This document shows, one piece after another, positions 26,854 through 35,313 of a stretch of 39,612 nt of DNA; the first letter of the stretch is position 1, and every line of letters begins with the position of its first letter. Source of the stretch: a virus (lineage: Duplodnaviria; Caudoviricetes); IMG/VR virus record IMGVR_UViG_3300022897_000007, positions 1 through 39,612 of that record. One strand, 5' to 3'. Both the position numbers and the translations under genes were made by a program. The notes beneath the pieces were generated by a model. It worked only from the letters and a program-made list of their open reading frames with translations, was not told the origin of the DNA and did not search any database.

Positions 26854-27071
26854 GCGCGCGCACCGACGGCCGGGGTGAACAGGTCGTCGATACGGCAGCC
26901 GAGGGCTATGGCCAGTCGGGGGAGCAGGTCGATGGACGGGACGGTCTCGCCTCGTTCCCATGCGGACACGGCCTGATGTGTGACGCCCAGCTGTCGGCCG
27001 AGTGTGACCAGTGACAGGCGTCGGGCTTTTCGTTTACACCGCAAGCCTTGTGCGTCGAATACGGCCGTCAT
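26850..27071 (-). CDS. XRE/Cro-family HTH regulator
   Basis: LGRQLGVTHQAVSAWERGETVPS..LAIALGC HTH_3 signature. Confidence 0.85.
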   Translation of the reverse strand: MTAVFDAQGLRCKRKARRLSLVTLGRQLGVTHQAVSAWERGETVPSIDLLPRLAIALGCRIDDLFTPAVGARA

Positions 27072-27149
27072 GGTGATCAATCTACGGCCGTGACCACTCT
27101 GTTGCAAGCCACGCTTGCATCACGGTGTGGCACCCCTTAGGGTGTGTCT
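27072..27149. promoter_or_regulatory. Back-to-back leaderless promoters with central palindrome
   Basis: Left TTGCAA-17-TAGATT-7-ATG; right TTGCAT-17-TAGGGT-6-ATG; TGCAAGC-CAC-GCTTGCA at 27103-27119. Confidence 0.7.
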
Positions 27150-27557
27150 ATGACCACCACGGAGAACCCCGCCACCCAGCTCCCCTTCCTGATCCCCGCC
27201 GCGAACCTCGCCGTCGGCGACACCGTCCGCGACACCGACGTACCCGACTGGACCATCGCCGGCATCACCACCACCCGCGAGGGCGACGTCGCGGTCCGCT
27301 GGGCCGACGGCGGTCGTGGCTGGTTCGCGGCGGGCCATCTGGTGCAGGTGGTCAGGCGGCAGCCGGTGGCGGTGTTGAACGACCTCGTCACCGCGCTGAC
27401 CGGCCTGACCGACCAGTGGACCGGCGTGGCCGCCGCGGATGTGCGCGACGCGAACCCTGACGAGAGCCCTCTGCTGGCGGCTGATCTGCTGGCTGAGGCT
27501 CGGGTGCTCAGGCAGTGCTCGGTCGAGGTGCGCGCGATCCTCGACCGGCTCCAGTAG
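27150..27557 (+). CDS. Hypothetical protein (first rightward gene)
   Basis: ATG 6 nt after -10 box; SH3-like AANLAVGDTV start. Confidence 0.65.
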   Translation: MTTTENPATQLPFLIPAANLAVGDTVRDTDVPDWTIAGITTTREGDVAVRWADGGRGWFAAGHLVQVVRRQPVAVLNDLVTALTGLTDQWTGVAAADVRDANPDESPLLAADLLAEARVLRQCSVEVRAILDRLQ

Positions 27558-27559
27558 CC

Positions 27560-27910
27560 ATGGGCGACCGGACACGGACAGCGGTCCACTGGTTCTCAGA
27601 AGGCGGATTTCTCGTACGCGGAACCCTGGACCCGCACACCGCACTCCAGTTCGCCGTCAACGAAGGCGAACCCTGGCATCTCGGCAACGCCTTCGAGATG
27701 GGCAGTCGGCCGGATGAAGAGAACGGCGACCAGCCAACCAGCGAGGAAATAGGCGAACTTCGCGACCGTCTTCACGGCTACCTGTCCACGGCGAAGCCGG
27801 GTCTCTACCGGATCGTTCCTGCCCACCCGGACAACGACGAATACGGCTGGTTCATACATCCTGCGCGGACGCGAGGTCGTGGCGTGTTCGAGGGGGTGGC
27901 GTTCTGGTGA
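27560..27910 (+). CDS. Hypothetical protein
   Basis: ATG just after upstream stop; GTGA overlap downstream. Confidence 0.6.
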   Translation: MGDRTRTAVHWFSEGGFLVRGTLDPHTALQFAVNEGEPWHLGNAFEMGSRPDEENGDQPTSEEIGELRDRLHGYLSTAKPGLYRIVPAHPDNDEYGWFIHPARTRGRGVFEGVAFW

Positions 27911-28041
27911 CCGGCCACCATCGCCGTATCCGCACCATCACCCGCACCACCCAACTCCTCTGCCTCGCCGCCGCCGGGCTGTTGCTGGCGCTGGTGGTGC
28001 TGCCCACGCTGTTCGAGCTCCTCAACGTAGGGACACCCTGA
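27907..28041 (+). CDS. 44-aa single-TM protein (absent from ORF track)
   Basis: LLCLAAAGLLLALVVLPTLF; coupled at both ends. Confidence 0.55.
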   Translation: MTGHHRRIRTITRTTQLLCLAAAGLLLALVVLPTLFELLNVGTP

Positions 28042-28418
28042 TGACCCAGCCACCCAGCCCCGGCGACATGGCGATCGTGGACCAGGCGCACGCGGACGCG
28101 TCGCGGTTCATTGACCAGATGCTCACCACCGGTGTGACCGAGCTGCAGTCCGGCAGGCCAGTGCACGAGTTGTTCGTGTCGCTGGGTGGCGGCTTGTGCC
28201 TCACCGAGAACGTGAATGGCCCGATGGGGCCAGCGCAGTATCGGGTGTTGGTGGCGGCTGCTGTGTCACGGCTGGCTCAGATGCATCACGCGGTCGAGCA
28301 GCTCGCCGACACCCTCGCTGATGACCAGCCCACTGCGGTGCCAACCGATGAGGGCTACTGCGAGGCCATGGCGTATGCGTCGTCGCAGGTGCGGAGGCTG
28401 GTCGACGACCATGGCTAA
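28041..28418 (+). CDS. Hypothetical protein
   Basis: TGATG coupling; MTQPPSPG start. Confidence 0.55.
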   Translation: MTQPPSPGDMAIVDQAHADASRFIDQMLTTGVTELQSGRPVHELFVSLGGGLCLTENVNGPMGPAQYRVLVAAAVSRLAQMHHAVEQLADTLADDQPTAVPTDEGYCEAMAYASSQVRRLVDDHG

Positions 28419-28695
28419 CCACACACCCGGCCCCACCACAGGCCTCACCCGGTGGCTGCTCGAACGCGCTCGCGACCTCATCGCATGGCTCCTGCCCCGT
28501 CTCCCCCGGATCCTGCAGGAAGCCGCGATCCTCGCCGGCTGGATCGCGCTCGGACAGATCATGTTCGAGTACCAGCAGTGGACAGCGGGCTTGTGGGCGA
28601 CGCTGGCGGGGCCGTTTGTTGAGGTGCTGGTGTTGTGCTGGCGGTCGATGTGCGCCGCGTGGCCGCACCTGAACGAGAAAGAGCCGGTCGCGTGA
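28411..28695 (+). CDS. Membrane protein
   Basis: Hydrophobic segments; overlaps both neighbours. Confidence 0.55.
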   Translation: MANHTPGPTTGLTRWLLERARDLIAWLLPRLPRILQEAAILAGWIALGQIMFEYQQWTAGLWATLAGPFVEVLVLCWRSMCAAWPHLNEKEPVA

Positions 28696-29036
28696 CCCTC
28701 GACTTCCAAGACGCGTACGACCGCTCCCGGGATCAGGCACCGTTTTCCAACGGCACCGAGGGCTACGGCTGGATGGCCAGCTGGTGCGATGTCTGCCTGA
28801 GGGACGCGCCATTCCGCAACATGGGTAAGGGGTCCGGGTGTCCGCTGCTGCAGGTCGCGTTGATGGGGCGTACGCCTGCTGAGTGGATCGACGGGCCGAG
28901 GGACGAACATGGCGCGTATTCCATCGAGGGCCAGTACACCTGTGTCCAGTTCAAGGGTCCGGGTAGCGGTGGCTGTGGTGAGCCACGTCCCAAGCCGGAG
29001 CCGCCGGGCATGGACGGGGCTGTTCGACCGGCCTGA
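28692..29036 (+). CDS. Cys-containing hypothetical protein, possibly frameshifted near 3' end
   Basis: FSNGTEG..WCDVC..GCPLL..YTC; shifted frame continues to 29094. Confidence 0.6.
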   Translation: MTLDFQDAYDRSRDQAPFSNGTEGYGWMASWCDVCLRDAPFRNMGKGSGCPLLQVALMGRTPAEWIDGPRDEHGAYSIEGQYTCVQFKGPGSGGCGEPRPKPEPPGMDGAVRPA

Positions 29037-29077
29037 GCGCCGGACCCGGATGTATGTCCAGTCGGAACTGGTGCGTA

Positions 29078-29410
29078 GTGAGACGCGCGGATAAGCGCAC
29101 GCCGGAGCAGGTCGTCATCCAGCAGCTGACCAACCAGCTGGGCCTGCCCGACCGGGACCTGTGCCAGATGCACCGCAAGTGCGGTGCACTCCTGCCGGCG
29201 CCGGAGGGGAGGTGGTGGCGGTGCGCGTGGACCTACCTCGCTGAGGACGGCACGGGCCGGGTGGTCGAGTGCCCGGCGCATGCCGAGTGGCGGCTGATGG
29301 TCCCTGGGCTGGGGGTGCGCAACGGCTGCACCGGCTGTGTGGCTGGTGCGATCCGGGCGCACTTGTTTTTGAACCGTGAGCGCTATCGGAGAGGAGGTGA
29401 CAGGCCCTGA
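29078..29410 (+). CDS. Cys/His-rich hypothetical protein
   Basis: CQMH, CPAH, CTGC motifs; start uncertain. Confidence 0.55.
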   Translation: MRRADKRTPEQVVIQQLTNQLGLPDRDLCQMHRKCGALLPAPEGRWWRCAWTYLAEDGTGRVVECPAHAEWRLMVPGLGVRNGCTGCVAGAIRAHLFLNRERYRRGGDRP

Positions 29411-29523
29411 TGGGCAGGGACAGGAAGGACGACGATCCGCCGACCAGTCCTTTCGAGGATGTCCAGGAGGACATCGACGACCTGACCGAGCGGATCAATC
29501 GGCTTGACGACGACGAGAAGTAG
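29410..29523 (+). CDS. 37-aa highly acidic peptide (absent from ORF track)
   Basis: GGAGG RBS, TGATG coupling; MGRDRKDDDPPTSPFEDVQEDIDDLTERINRLDDDEK. Confidence 0.55.
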   Translation: MGRDRKDDDPPTSPFEDVQEDIDDLTERINRLDDDEK

Positions 29524-29527
29524 TACG

Positions 29528-29559
29528 GGTGGTGCCGGTCAGGGGTGCCCGGCACCACC
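29528..29559 (+). terminator. Intergenic stem-loop
   Basis: GGTGGTGCCGG...CCGGCACCACC perfect 11-bp stem. Confidence 0.55.
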
Positions 29560-29589
29560 ACCTGGAACTCAGTGAAAGGCAGGAAAACG

Positions 29590-30099
29590 ATGACACACCA
29601 GAACGGGCCGCATCGGGCCTATCAGGCGCCACCGGCGGGGAAGAAGCCGCGGCGTGGGTTGCGGGTGGCGGTGGTCGGTGTCGGTGCTGCTGGGTTGGTG
29701 GTGGCCGCTGCGGTCGTGTTCGCGCCGGGCCGGCCGGTGGACACGGCGGCGGTGGTGGATCAGGCGCCGGTGGCGAAGACGGTGACGGTGACGGTGACTC
29801 CGCCGGCGGTGACGACGGTGACCGCGCCGCCGTTGCCGGCGGTGACGGTGACGTACACGCCGCCCAAGCCGGCGGGGATCGGTGACGGGATTTACAAGGT
29901 GGGTCCGGGTGGTATCGACGCGGGCCGGTATGTGACCGAGGGCGGCGGCGGGTCGTGTTACTACGCGCGGCTGAAGAACGACAGCGGTGATTTCGGCGCG
30001 ATTATCACGAACAACAACCTGGATGGGCCGGGGTCGGTGACGGTGAAGGCGGGCGAGTTTTTCCAGGTCCGTGGTGGCTGCGAATTCCGGAAGGCGTGA
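29590..30099 (+). CDS. Membrane-anchored exported protein
   Basis: Basic N-terminus, TM, Thr/Val/Pro stalk, GDGIYKVG..CYYARL..GGC domain. Confidence 0.7.
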   Translation: MTHQNGPHRAYQAPPAGKKPRRGLRVAVVGVGAAGLVVAAAVVFAPGRPVDTAAVVDQAPVAKTVTVTVTPPAVTTVTAPPLPAVTVTYTPPKPAGIGDGIYKVGPGGIDAGRYVTEGGGGSCYYARLKNDSGDFGAIITNNNLDGPGSVTVKAGEFFQVRGGCEFRKA

Positions 30100-30332
30100 A
30101 CGGCATGCCCGGCAGTGATGAGCCGATGCCGTGCAGGAGAGAGCACGTGAGTTACAGGTACGACATCAGGATCGAACTCACCGAGCCACTGACCGATGCG
30201 CAGTTGATCGCTCTGGAGGAGACGGTCGACGAGGTTGTGATGGGCAACCTGGGCAACCATCTCGGCCCGTTGGGTTACGAGGGCTACCAGGATGGCCCGA
30301 GCACGGTTAGGTCGGTGCGTGATGGGGACTGA
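30096..30332 (+). CDS. Hypothetical protein
   Basis: GTGA overlap; start could instead be the GTG near 30147. Confidence 0.5.
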   Translation: MNGMPGSDEPMPCRREHVSYRYDIRIELTEPLTDAQLIALEETVDEVVMGNLGNHLGPLGYEGYQDGPSTVRSVRDGD

Positions 30333-30468
30333 GGATGAGTTCGCGGCCGAGGAGTACCGGCAGCAGCGCGCCAAGGGCTGGTGCCCGGTGATCGTGCTGG
30401 GCCTGGTCACGCTGACGGTCGGGTGTTTCCGGCTGGCCGCCGCGGCAACCGATCGGATCTTCCGGTGA
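30322..30468 (+). CDS. 48-aa single-TM protein (absent from ORF track)
   Basis: MGTEDEFAAEEYRQQRAKGWCPVIVLGLVTLTVGCF...; TGATG coupling. Confidence 0.5.
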   Translation: MGTEDEFAAEEYRQQRAKGWCPVIVLGLVTLTVGCFRLAAAATDRIFR

Positions 30469-30635
30469 TGCGGGATCTGTTGTTCGGTACGCCGGCTGGC
30501 TGGCAGTTGGACGTGTGGCTGGCGGTGTCTTCCGTCGATAGCCGCGTGTGGTGGGTGCCTGCGTCGGTTGTGTTGGTGGTGCGTTTGGTGGCCGACTTCC
30601 GGGCAGTGAAGAGGTGGCCCGATGGCAAGCCCTGA
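30468..30635 (+). CDS. Small hydrophobic protein
   Basis: TGATG start; Trp-rich hydrophobic. Confidence 0.5.
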   Translation: MRDLLFGTPAGWQLDVWLAVSSVDSRVWWVPASVVLVVRLVADFRAVKRWPDGKP

Positions 30636-31521
30636 GGCAGACGAATGGGCCAGCAAAATCAGCTACGGCATGCCCCACGACGTCTACCTCAAAGACCCCG
30701 TACCCGGCGGCAGCCTCTCCAGCTCCGGCGCCCGCATGCTGCTGGAACCCAACTGCCCCGCCAAATTCCACTACTGGCGCACCCGCCGCCGCCCACCATC
30801 CACCGAGTTCGACCTCGGCACAGCAGCCCACAAAGTCCTCCTCGGCGCCGGCCCGGAACTGGTGGTGATCGACGCAGACAACTACCGCAAGGGCGCGCCG
30901 AGGGTCGAGCGCGATCAGGCGTACCTCGCCGACAAGACCCCCGTCCTGCAACACCAGATGGACCAGGTCGAGGAGATGGCCGCCGCCGCTCGCCGTGACC
31001 CGGTGGCCGGGCCGTTGCTGGCCGAGGGGACCGGTGAGCCTGAGGTGTCGTTCTTCTGGATCGACGGCCCGACCGGGGTCCACTGCCGGGCGCGCCTGGA
31101 CTACCTGTCCTCGCTGTACACCAAGGATGGCCGGCTGATCATCCTGGATTACAAGTCGTGTCGGTCGGCCGCTCCGGCGAAGATCGAGCGGGCGATCCTG
31201 GATCACGGCTATCACATGCAGGCGCCGCATCTGATCGACGCGGTGGTGAACACGGGGCACGCCGAGGACGCGGTGGTCTTGTTCATTTTCCAGGAGAAAG
31301 AGCCGCCGTATTTGGTGACGGTGGTCGAGCCTCATCCGATATCGGCTGTGTGGGTGGGTCGGGAATTGAATGATAAGGCGCGTAGGGTGTTCGCTAAATG
31401 CAGTGCGGCGAATGTGTGGCCGGGTTATGCGTCGGATATTGTGGAGATTGATCTGCCTATTTGGGAACAGCAGCGCATGCAGCGCGTCGTGAATGCACAT
31501 CCGATTAGGGGAATAGCATGA
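30622..31521 (+). CDS. RecE/exonuclease VIII-like PD-(D/E)XK nuclease
   Basis: LSSSG, GTAAH, EVSFFW, RARLD, DYKS, YHMQA, EKEPPY motifs. Confidence 0.88.
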   Translation: MASPEADEWASKISYGMPHDVYLKDPVPGGSLSSSGARMLLEPNCPAKFHYWRTRRRPPSTEFDLGTAAHKVLLGAGPELVVIDADNYRKGAPRVERDQAYLADKTPVLQHQMDQVEEMAAAARRDPVAGPLLAEGTGEPEVSFFWIDGPTGVHCRARLDYLSSLYTKDGRLIILDYKSCRSAAPAKIERAILDHGYHMQAPHLIDAVVNTGHAEDAVVLFIFQEKEPPYLVTVVEPHPISAVWVGRELNDKARRVFAKCSAANVWPGYASDIVEIDLPIWEQQRMQRVVNAHPIRGIA

Positions 31522-32492
31522 GTGACCTGGACATCAGCACACCGTCATCGGACCGGACCAGCCAATCGACCCGGGTCGAGCAGGCGCGCGCCATGGCCGA
31601 GGTCCGCGCGGCCATGGCGATCGCGATGGAAAACCCGCGATCGACCAACCTGGCTCGCTCTCGTATGCATGACTCGTGCGCACAGATGTCGTTGGCAGAG
31701 CGCGCTTTCTTCCGGTTCCCCCGCTCCGGCGGGATGGTCACCGGCCCGACCGTGCACCTGGCGCGGGACCTCGCGCGGTGCTGGGGCAACATCGTGCACA
31801 GCGTGAAAGAGCTGTACCGCAACGATCTCCGGCTGGAGTCGGAGATGCTGGCCGCCGCGTGGGACATCGAGACGAACACGCGGGTGGAGCTGGGGTTCAT
31901 CGTGCCGCACAAGCGGGACGTGAAGACCGACGTGGTGGCGATCACGAGCATGCGGGACATCTACGAGAACAACGCCAACGCCGGTGCTCGCCGACTGCGT
32001 GAGGCTATCTTCGGTGTGCTTCCGTTGTGGTTCAAGGAAGAGGCACAGGAGCTGTGCCGTGCGACGTTGGAACGTGGGTCGTCTGGCGGTAAACCTGCTG
32101 TGCCGCTTCAGGTCCGGAAGGACCGGGCGATCGAGTGGTTCGCTGCCAAGGGGATCACGCGTGAGCACCTTGAGGACAAGCTGGGTGAGCGGGAGGGGCG
32201 GTGGCGTCCGATCGACGTTGCTCAGCTGGTGATCATCACGCAGTCGTTGAACGCTGGTGAGTCGACGCTGGAGATGGAGTTCCCGCACAGGTTCACGCGT
32301 TCGGCGGACATCGAGCCGGCTGCGGCGACAGCGCGGCCGGCTTCGGTGAACACGAAGGTTGAGCAGTGGCAGCCGCCGGTTGAGGAGCCTCAGGTGCCAG
32401 CGGATTACGTGTGTGATGTGTGCACGGCGAAAGGTCAGCATTTCCAGGACGTGTGCCCTGATTTGGAAATCGACACCAGCAAGCTTGACTGA
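31518..32492 (+). CDS. Putative ssDNA-annealing (RecT-position) protein
   Basis: Coupled to RecE-like gene; FPR.G..VTGPTVHLA..ARCWGN, AWDIETN motifs; C-terminal CxxC..H..C knuckle. Confidence 0.6.
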   Translation: MSDLDISTPSSDRTSQSTRVEQARAMAEVRAAMAIAMENPRSTNLARSRMHDSCAQMSLAERAFFRFPRSGGMVTGPTVHLARDLARCWGNIVHSVKELYRNDLRLESEMLAAAWDIETNTRVELGFIVPHKRDVKTDVVAITSMRDIYENNANAGARRLREAIFGVLPLWFKEEAQELCRATLERGSSGGKPAVPLQVRKDRAIEWFAAKGITREHLEDKLGEREGRWRPIDVAQLVIITQSLNAGESTLEMEFPHRFTRSADIEPAAATARPASVNTKVEQWQPPVEEPQVPADYVCDVCTAKGQHFQDVCPDLEIDTSKLD

Positions 32493-32515
32493 GAACGAGA
32501 GAACGGTTGAGGGGT

Positions 32516-33238
32516 ATGACAGACGACTACACAATCCGCGTACTAGCGGACGTTCTCGCGGACCGGACCGCGCAGCTGGACGCGTGTATTCAGAGCGCGA
32601 CTGAGTCCCGTGATCAGTTTCAGGAGCAGCTCGATACTGCGCACCGGCTTTATCGGGATTTCCGGCGTGCTGTGCAGGAGGCGTTGGGTATTGATCGGGC
32701 TGAGTTGCTGCCTGAGGATGAGGTGGTCCGGCAGGTCCGGGCGGCGGCTGGTGGTGAGCAGGAGCCGGGTCCGTTGACGAGGGCGTACATCGCGTCTGGT
32801 TATAGCGTGCCGGCCGAGCAGCCGGTTGAGGCGCGTGCCCGCGTGATCCCGATGGGTGATCCGTGGATTGCGCCGGAGCAGCCTGTTGTGACGGATGATG
32901 GTGCGCCGACGGAGAGCCTGCCCGCGGTCGAGGACCCACCCACCGTGCCTGACGGGTGCACGGTCGGGCGCGTGCTCACCCGCGACTTCGACTGGGACCT
33001 CAGCGACCTCATGCCGCTCGCGATGGTCAACCGGGCGGGGGACTGGTTTGAGTTCTCCCACATCCCGGATGGTGCGCCGTCTGGTGATCACGCGGTCTAC
33101 AACTGTGCGGGGTTGGAATCCACGAACTCGTTCGCGGAGTTGCTGCACATGCACGGCATGTTGTGGGAAGTCCTCGACGCCAGCGAGCAGCAGTCCGGTG
33201 TGGCCGGGCAGGAGACGGCGGTGGACCATGGCTGCTGA
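32516..33238 (+). CDS. Hypothetical protein
   Basis: GAGGGG RBS, ATG 32516; N-terminal coiled coil. Confidence 0.6.
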   Translation: MTDDYTIRVLADVLADRTAQLDACIQSATESRDQFQEQLDTAHRLYRDFRRAVQEALGIDRAELLPEDEVVRQVRAAAGGEQEPGPLTRAYIASGYSVPAEQPVEARARVIPMGDPWIAPEQPVVTDDGAPTESLPAVEDPPTVPDGCTVGRVLTRDFDWDLSDLMPLAMVNRAGDWFEFSHIPDGAPSGDHAVYNCAGLESTNSFAELLHMHGMLWEVLDASEQQSGVAGQETAVDHGC

Positions 33239-34475
33239 TGAGACACCTGTGACCCTGGACGACCTGCCGCCCATCGACTGGGCCGGGCCGCCGATCAACG
33301 ATCAGATCACTTTCTGTCCACGGTGTGGATCGGCGGTGCCGATTCTGGCGACGATGATGCAGGCGCATGAGCGTTGGCATGCCGCGATCGAAAACCTCAC
33401 CGTCACCGGCACGTTCACCGTGATCGATCCGATCACCAAGGTGCCGTCGTTCGACGCCTGGACACCACGACCGATCCCGGTCGAGCCGGTAGCGACCGAG
33501 GACTGGCGGTACCACCACAGCCCGACAGAGTTCAAGACCGACGAGGACTCCTGCGCGAAACACCGCGAGTTCATCAACCGTGTCTGGCAGATCGCGACCG
33601 AGGCGGGCCATGAGTCCGGGACCAGCGTGACTGACTTCCTGCGTGAGCAGCTGGTCGAGCGGCGTAGTGCGGCTGCATCCGCCCAAACAGACCAGCCCAC
33701 CGAGCGGCAGCGTGCCGAACTGATCGAGGCGTTGGGGCTGGACCAGAACACCGGGTTCCACGCCGCGCTGGACGTGGCGCGTGAATGGCGCCGTCGCGCA
33801 ACCTCAGAGAACTGGACCGACACCCCGCCGGTCGGCCCGCATTCGTGTGAGGCGCACTGCTCCCTCGACCACTACGAGGAAGGTGTGGAAGGACCGTGGC
33901 GGCAGGCCCAGATGGACAAGGCAGCGGCCGAGGCGGGGCCGGTGACTGACCAGCTTTTGACTGACCTGCTGCTGCGGGTCTGTGAGCCGGTACCGGTCGA
34001 GCGCATGCGCAAGTGGTCACAGAAGGACCGGGAGGAAGTCGCCCGGTGGGCTGGGCTGGTGCATCTGCAGGCGTCGGACAACGATGTGGATGTTCCCGAA
34101 CGTCCAGCGTTCCTGGACGGACCGGCCGAGGCTGAGGTGTGCCCGTCGCTGTACCTCACGGCCACCGGCCATCTGGTGGCATGCGAACAGCCCAAAGTGG
34201 ATGAGCCAGACCTGCACACAGCGATGCTGGACGGTCACCGAATCGCGTGGCGTGAGCCCGACGCGGTGCCGTCGCCGTGGCCGGTGGACCAAGAACCACC
34301 AGCCGGCATCAACCTGCTCCGCGACACCGACTGCGAACTGGTGCCCTACCTGGCACGCGTACAAAACGGGTGGGGATGGCTCGGAGACCCAAACGGGTCT
34401 CGGACACACGGGGCCATCCAGTGGGCAGAAGCCGTGCTGGACGTTGATGGTGACCTGGTCGTGGTGCGGCCATGA
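33228..34475 (+). CDS. Multi-segment hypothetical protein
   Basis: ATG 33228; CPRC..HERWH Zn-finger-like start; ATGA overlap at end. Confidence 0.6.
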   Translation: MAADETPVTLDDLPPIDWAGPPINDQITFCPRCGSAVPILATMMQAHERWHAAIENLTVTGTFTVIDPITKVPSFDAWTPRPIPVEPVATEDWRYHHSPTEFKTDEDSCAKHREFINRVWQIATEAGHESGTSVTDFLREQLVERRSAAASAQTDQPTERQRAELIEALGLDQNTGFHAALDVAREWRRRATSENWTDTPPVGPHSCEAHCSLDHYEEGVEGPWRQAQMDKAAAEAGPVTDQLLTDLLLRVCEPVPVERMRKWSQKDREEVARWAGLVHLQASDNDVDVPERPAFLDGPAEAEVCPSLYLTATGHLVACEQPKVDEPDLHTAMLDGHRIAWREPDAVPSPWPVDQEPPAGINLLRDTDCELVPYLARVQNGWGWLGDPNGSRTHGAIQWAEAVLDVDGDLVVVRP

Positions 34476-34795
34476 TCCAACTCACCTGGCGCGAATACAT
34501 CACCCTCCGATCCATCAGCCACGGACACGACCGCCCCGCCATCATGGCCATCACCGGCTTCACCGAAGAGATGGCCAAACGCACCGCCCGGGAACTGCTC
34601 GACAAATTCCAGGTCCCCCGCGCCATCCGGAAGTCACAAGCCGCGTACGCGCTGGCCGTGCGCCTCGGATTCGAGTACGGCTACCTCGAACGCGGCCAGC
34701 CGGACAAGTACGTGGCGTGGCCGGGGATGAAGGAGACTGCGCACGGCCCGGACTGTTACCGGTCGCGTGCGTGCCGGTGCGGCGGCACACCATGA
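34472..34795 (+). CDS. Possible LuxR-like HTH protein
   Basis: LTWREYITL..GHD..I...G..EE..K..LLDKF..A.A.A.RLG resembles GerE/LuxR HTH; C-terminal H..C..CRC. Confidence 0.5.
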   Translation: MIQLTWREYITLRSISHGHDRPAIMAITGFTEEMAKRTARELLDKFQVPRAIRKSQAAYALAVRLGFEYGYLERGQPDKYVAWPGMKETAHGPDCYRSRACRCGGTP

Positions 34796-35313
34796 TCCCG
34801 AACATCCTCGGCCTGGACCTGTCCATCGCAGCCACCGGTGTCTGCTGGCCAGACGGCGACACGGACGCCATTCTCGGCAAGAGCACGGACGGCGATGCAC
34901 GGCTGGTCACCATCGTGGACCGAATCTACCGAGCACACCTCGGTTTCCAGTTCGACCTCGCCGTGCTCGAAGACCTGCCCGTGCACGGCAAAGCGGCCGG
35001 GATCACCGGCATGGTCCACGGCGCGGTCCGGCTGGCACTGCAGCGCATGAAGGTGCCATACGCGCTGCTCGCCCCGGCCACGCTCAAGGCGTACGCCACC
35101 GGCACAGGCACGGCCGACAAACACGCCATGCGCATGGCCGCGTTCAAACGCGCCAACCTCGAATTCAAAGACGACAACCAGTGCGACGCGTGGTGGCTGC
35201 GTCAAGCCGGCCTGGACTGGACGGGCCACCCCGAGATCCAACTCCCGCAGGCGCAGCGCGCCCGGCTGGAGAAAGCGAAGTGGCCAGCCATGGCCCGGAA
35301 GGACGCGTCGTGA
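34792..35313 (+). CDS. RuvC-like Holliday junction resolvase
   Basis: ILGLDLSIAATG, AVLED, PATLKAYATG.G.ADK, DDNQCDA. Confidence 0.85.
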   Translation: MIPNILGLDLSIAATGVCWPDGDTDAILGKSTDGDARLVTIVDRIYRAHLGFQFDLAVLEDLPVHGKAAGITGMVHGAVRLALQRMKVPYALLAPATLKAYATGTGTADKHAMRMAAFKRANLEFKDDNQCDAWWLRQAGLDWTGHPEIQLPQAQRARLEKAKWPAMARKDAS

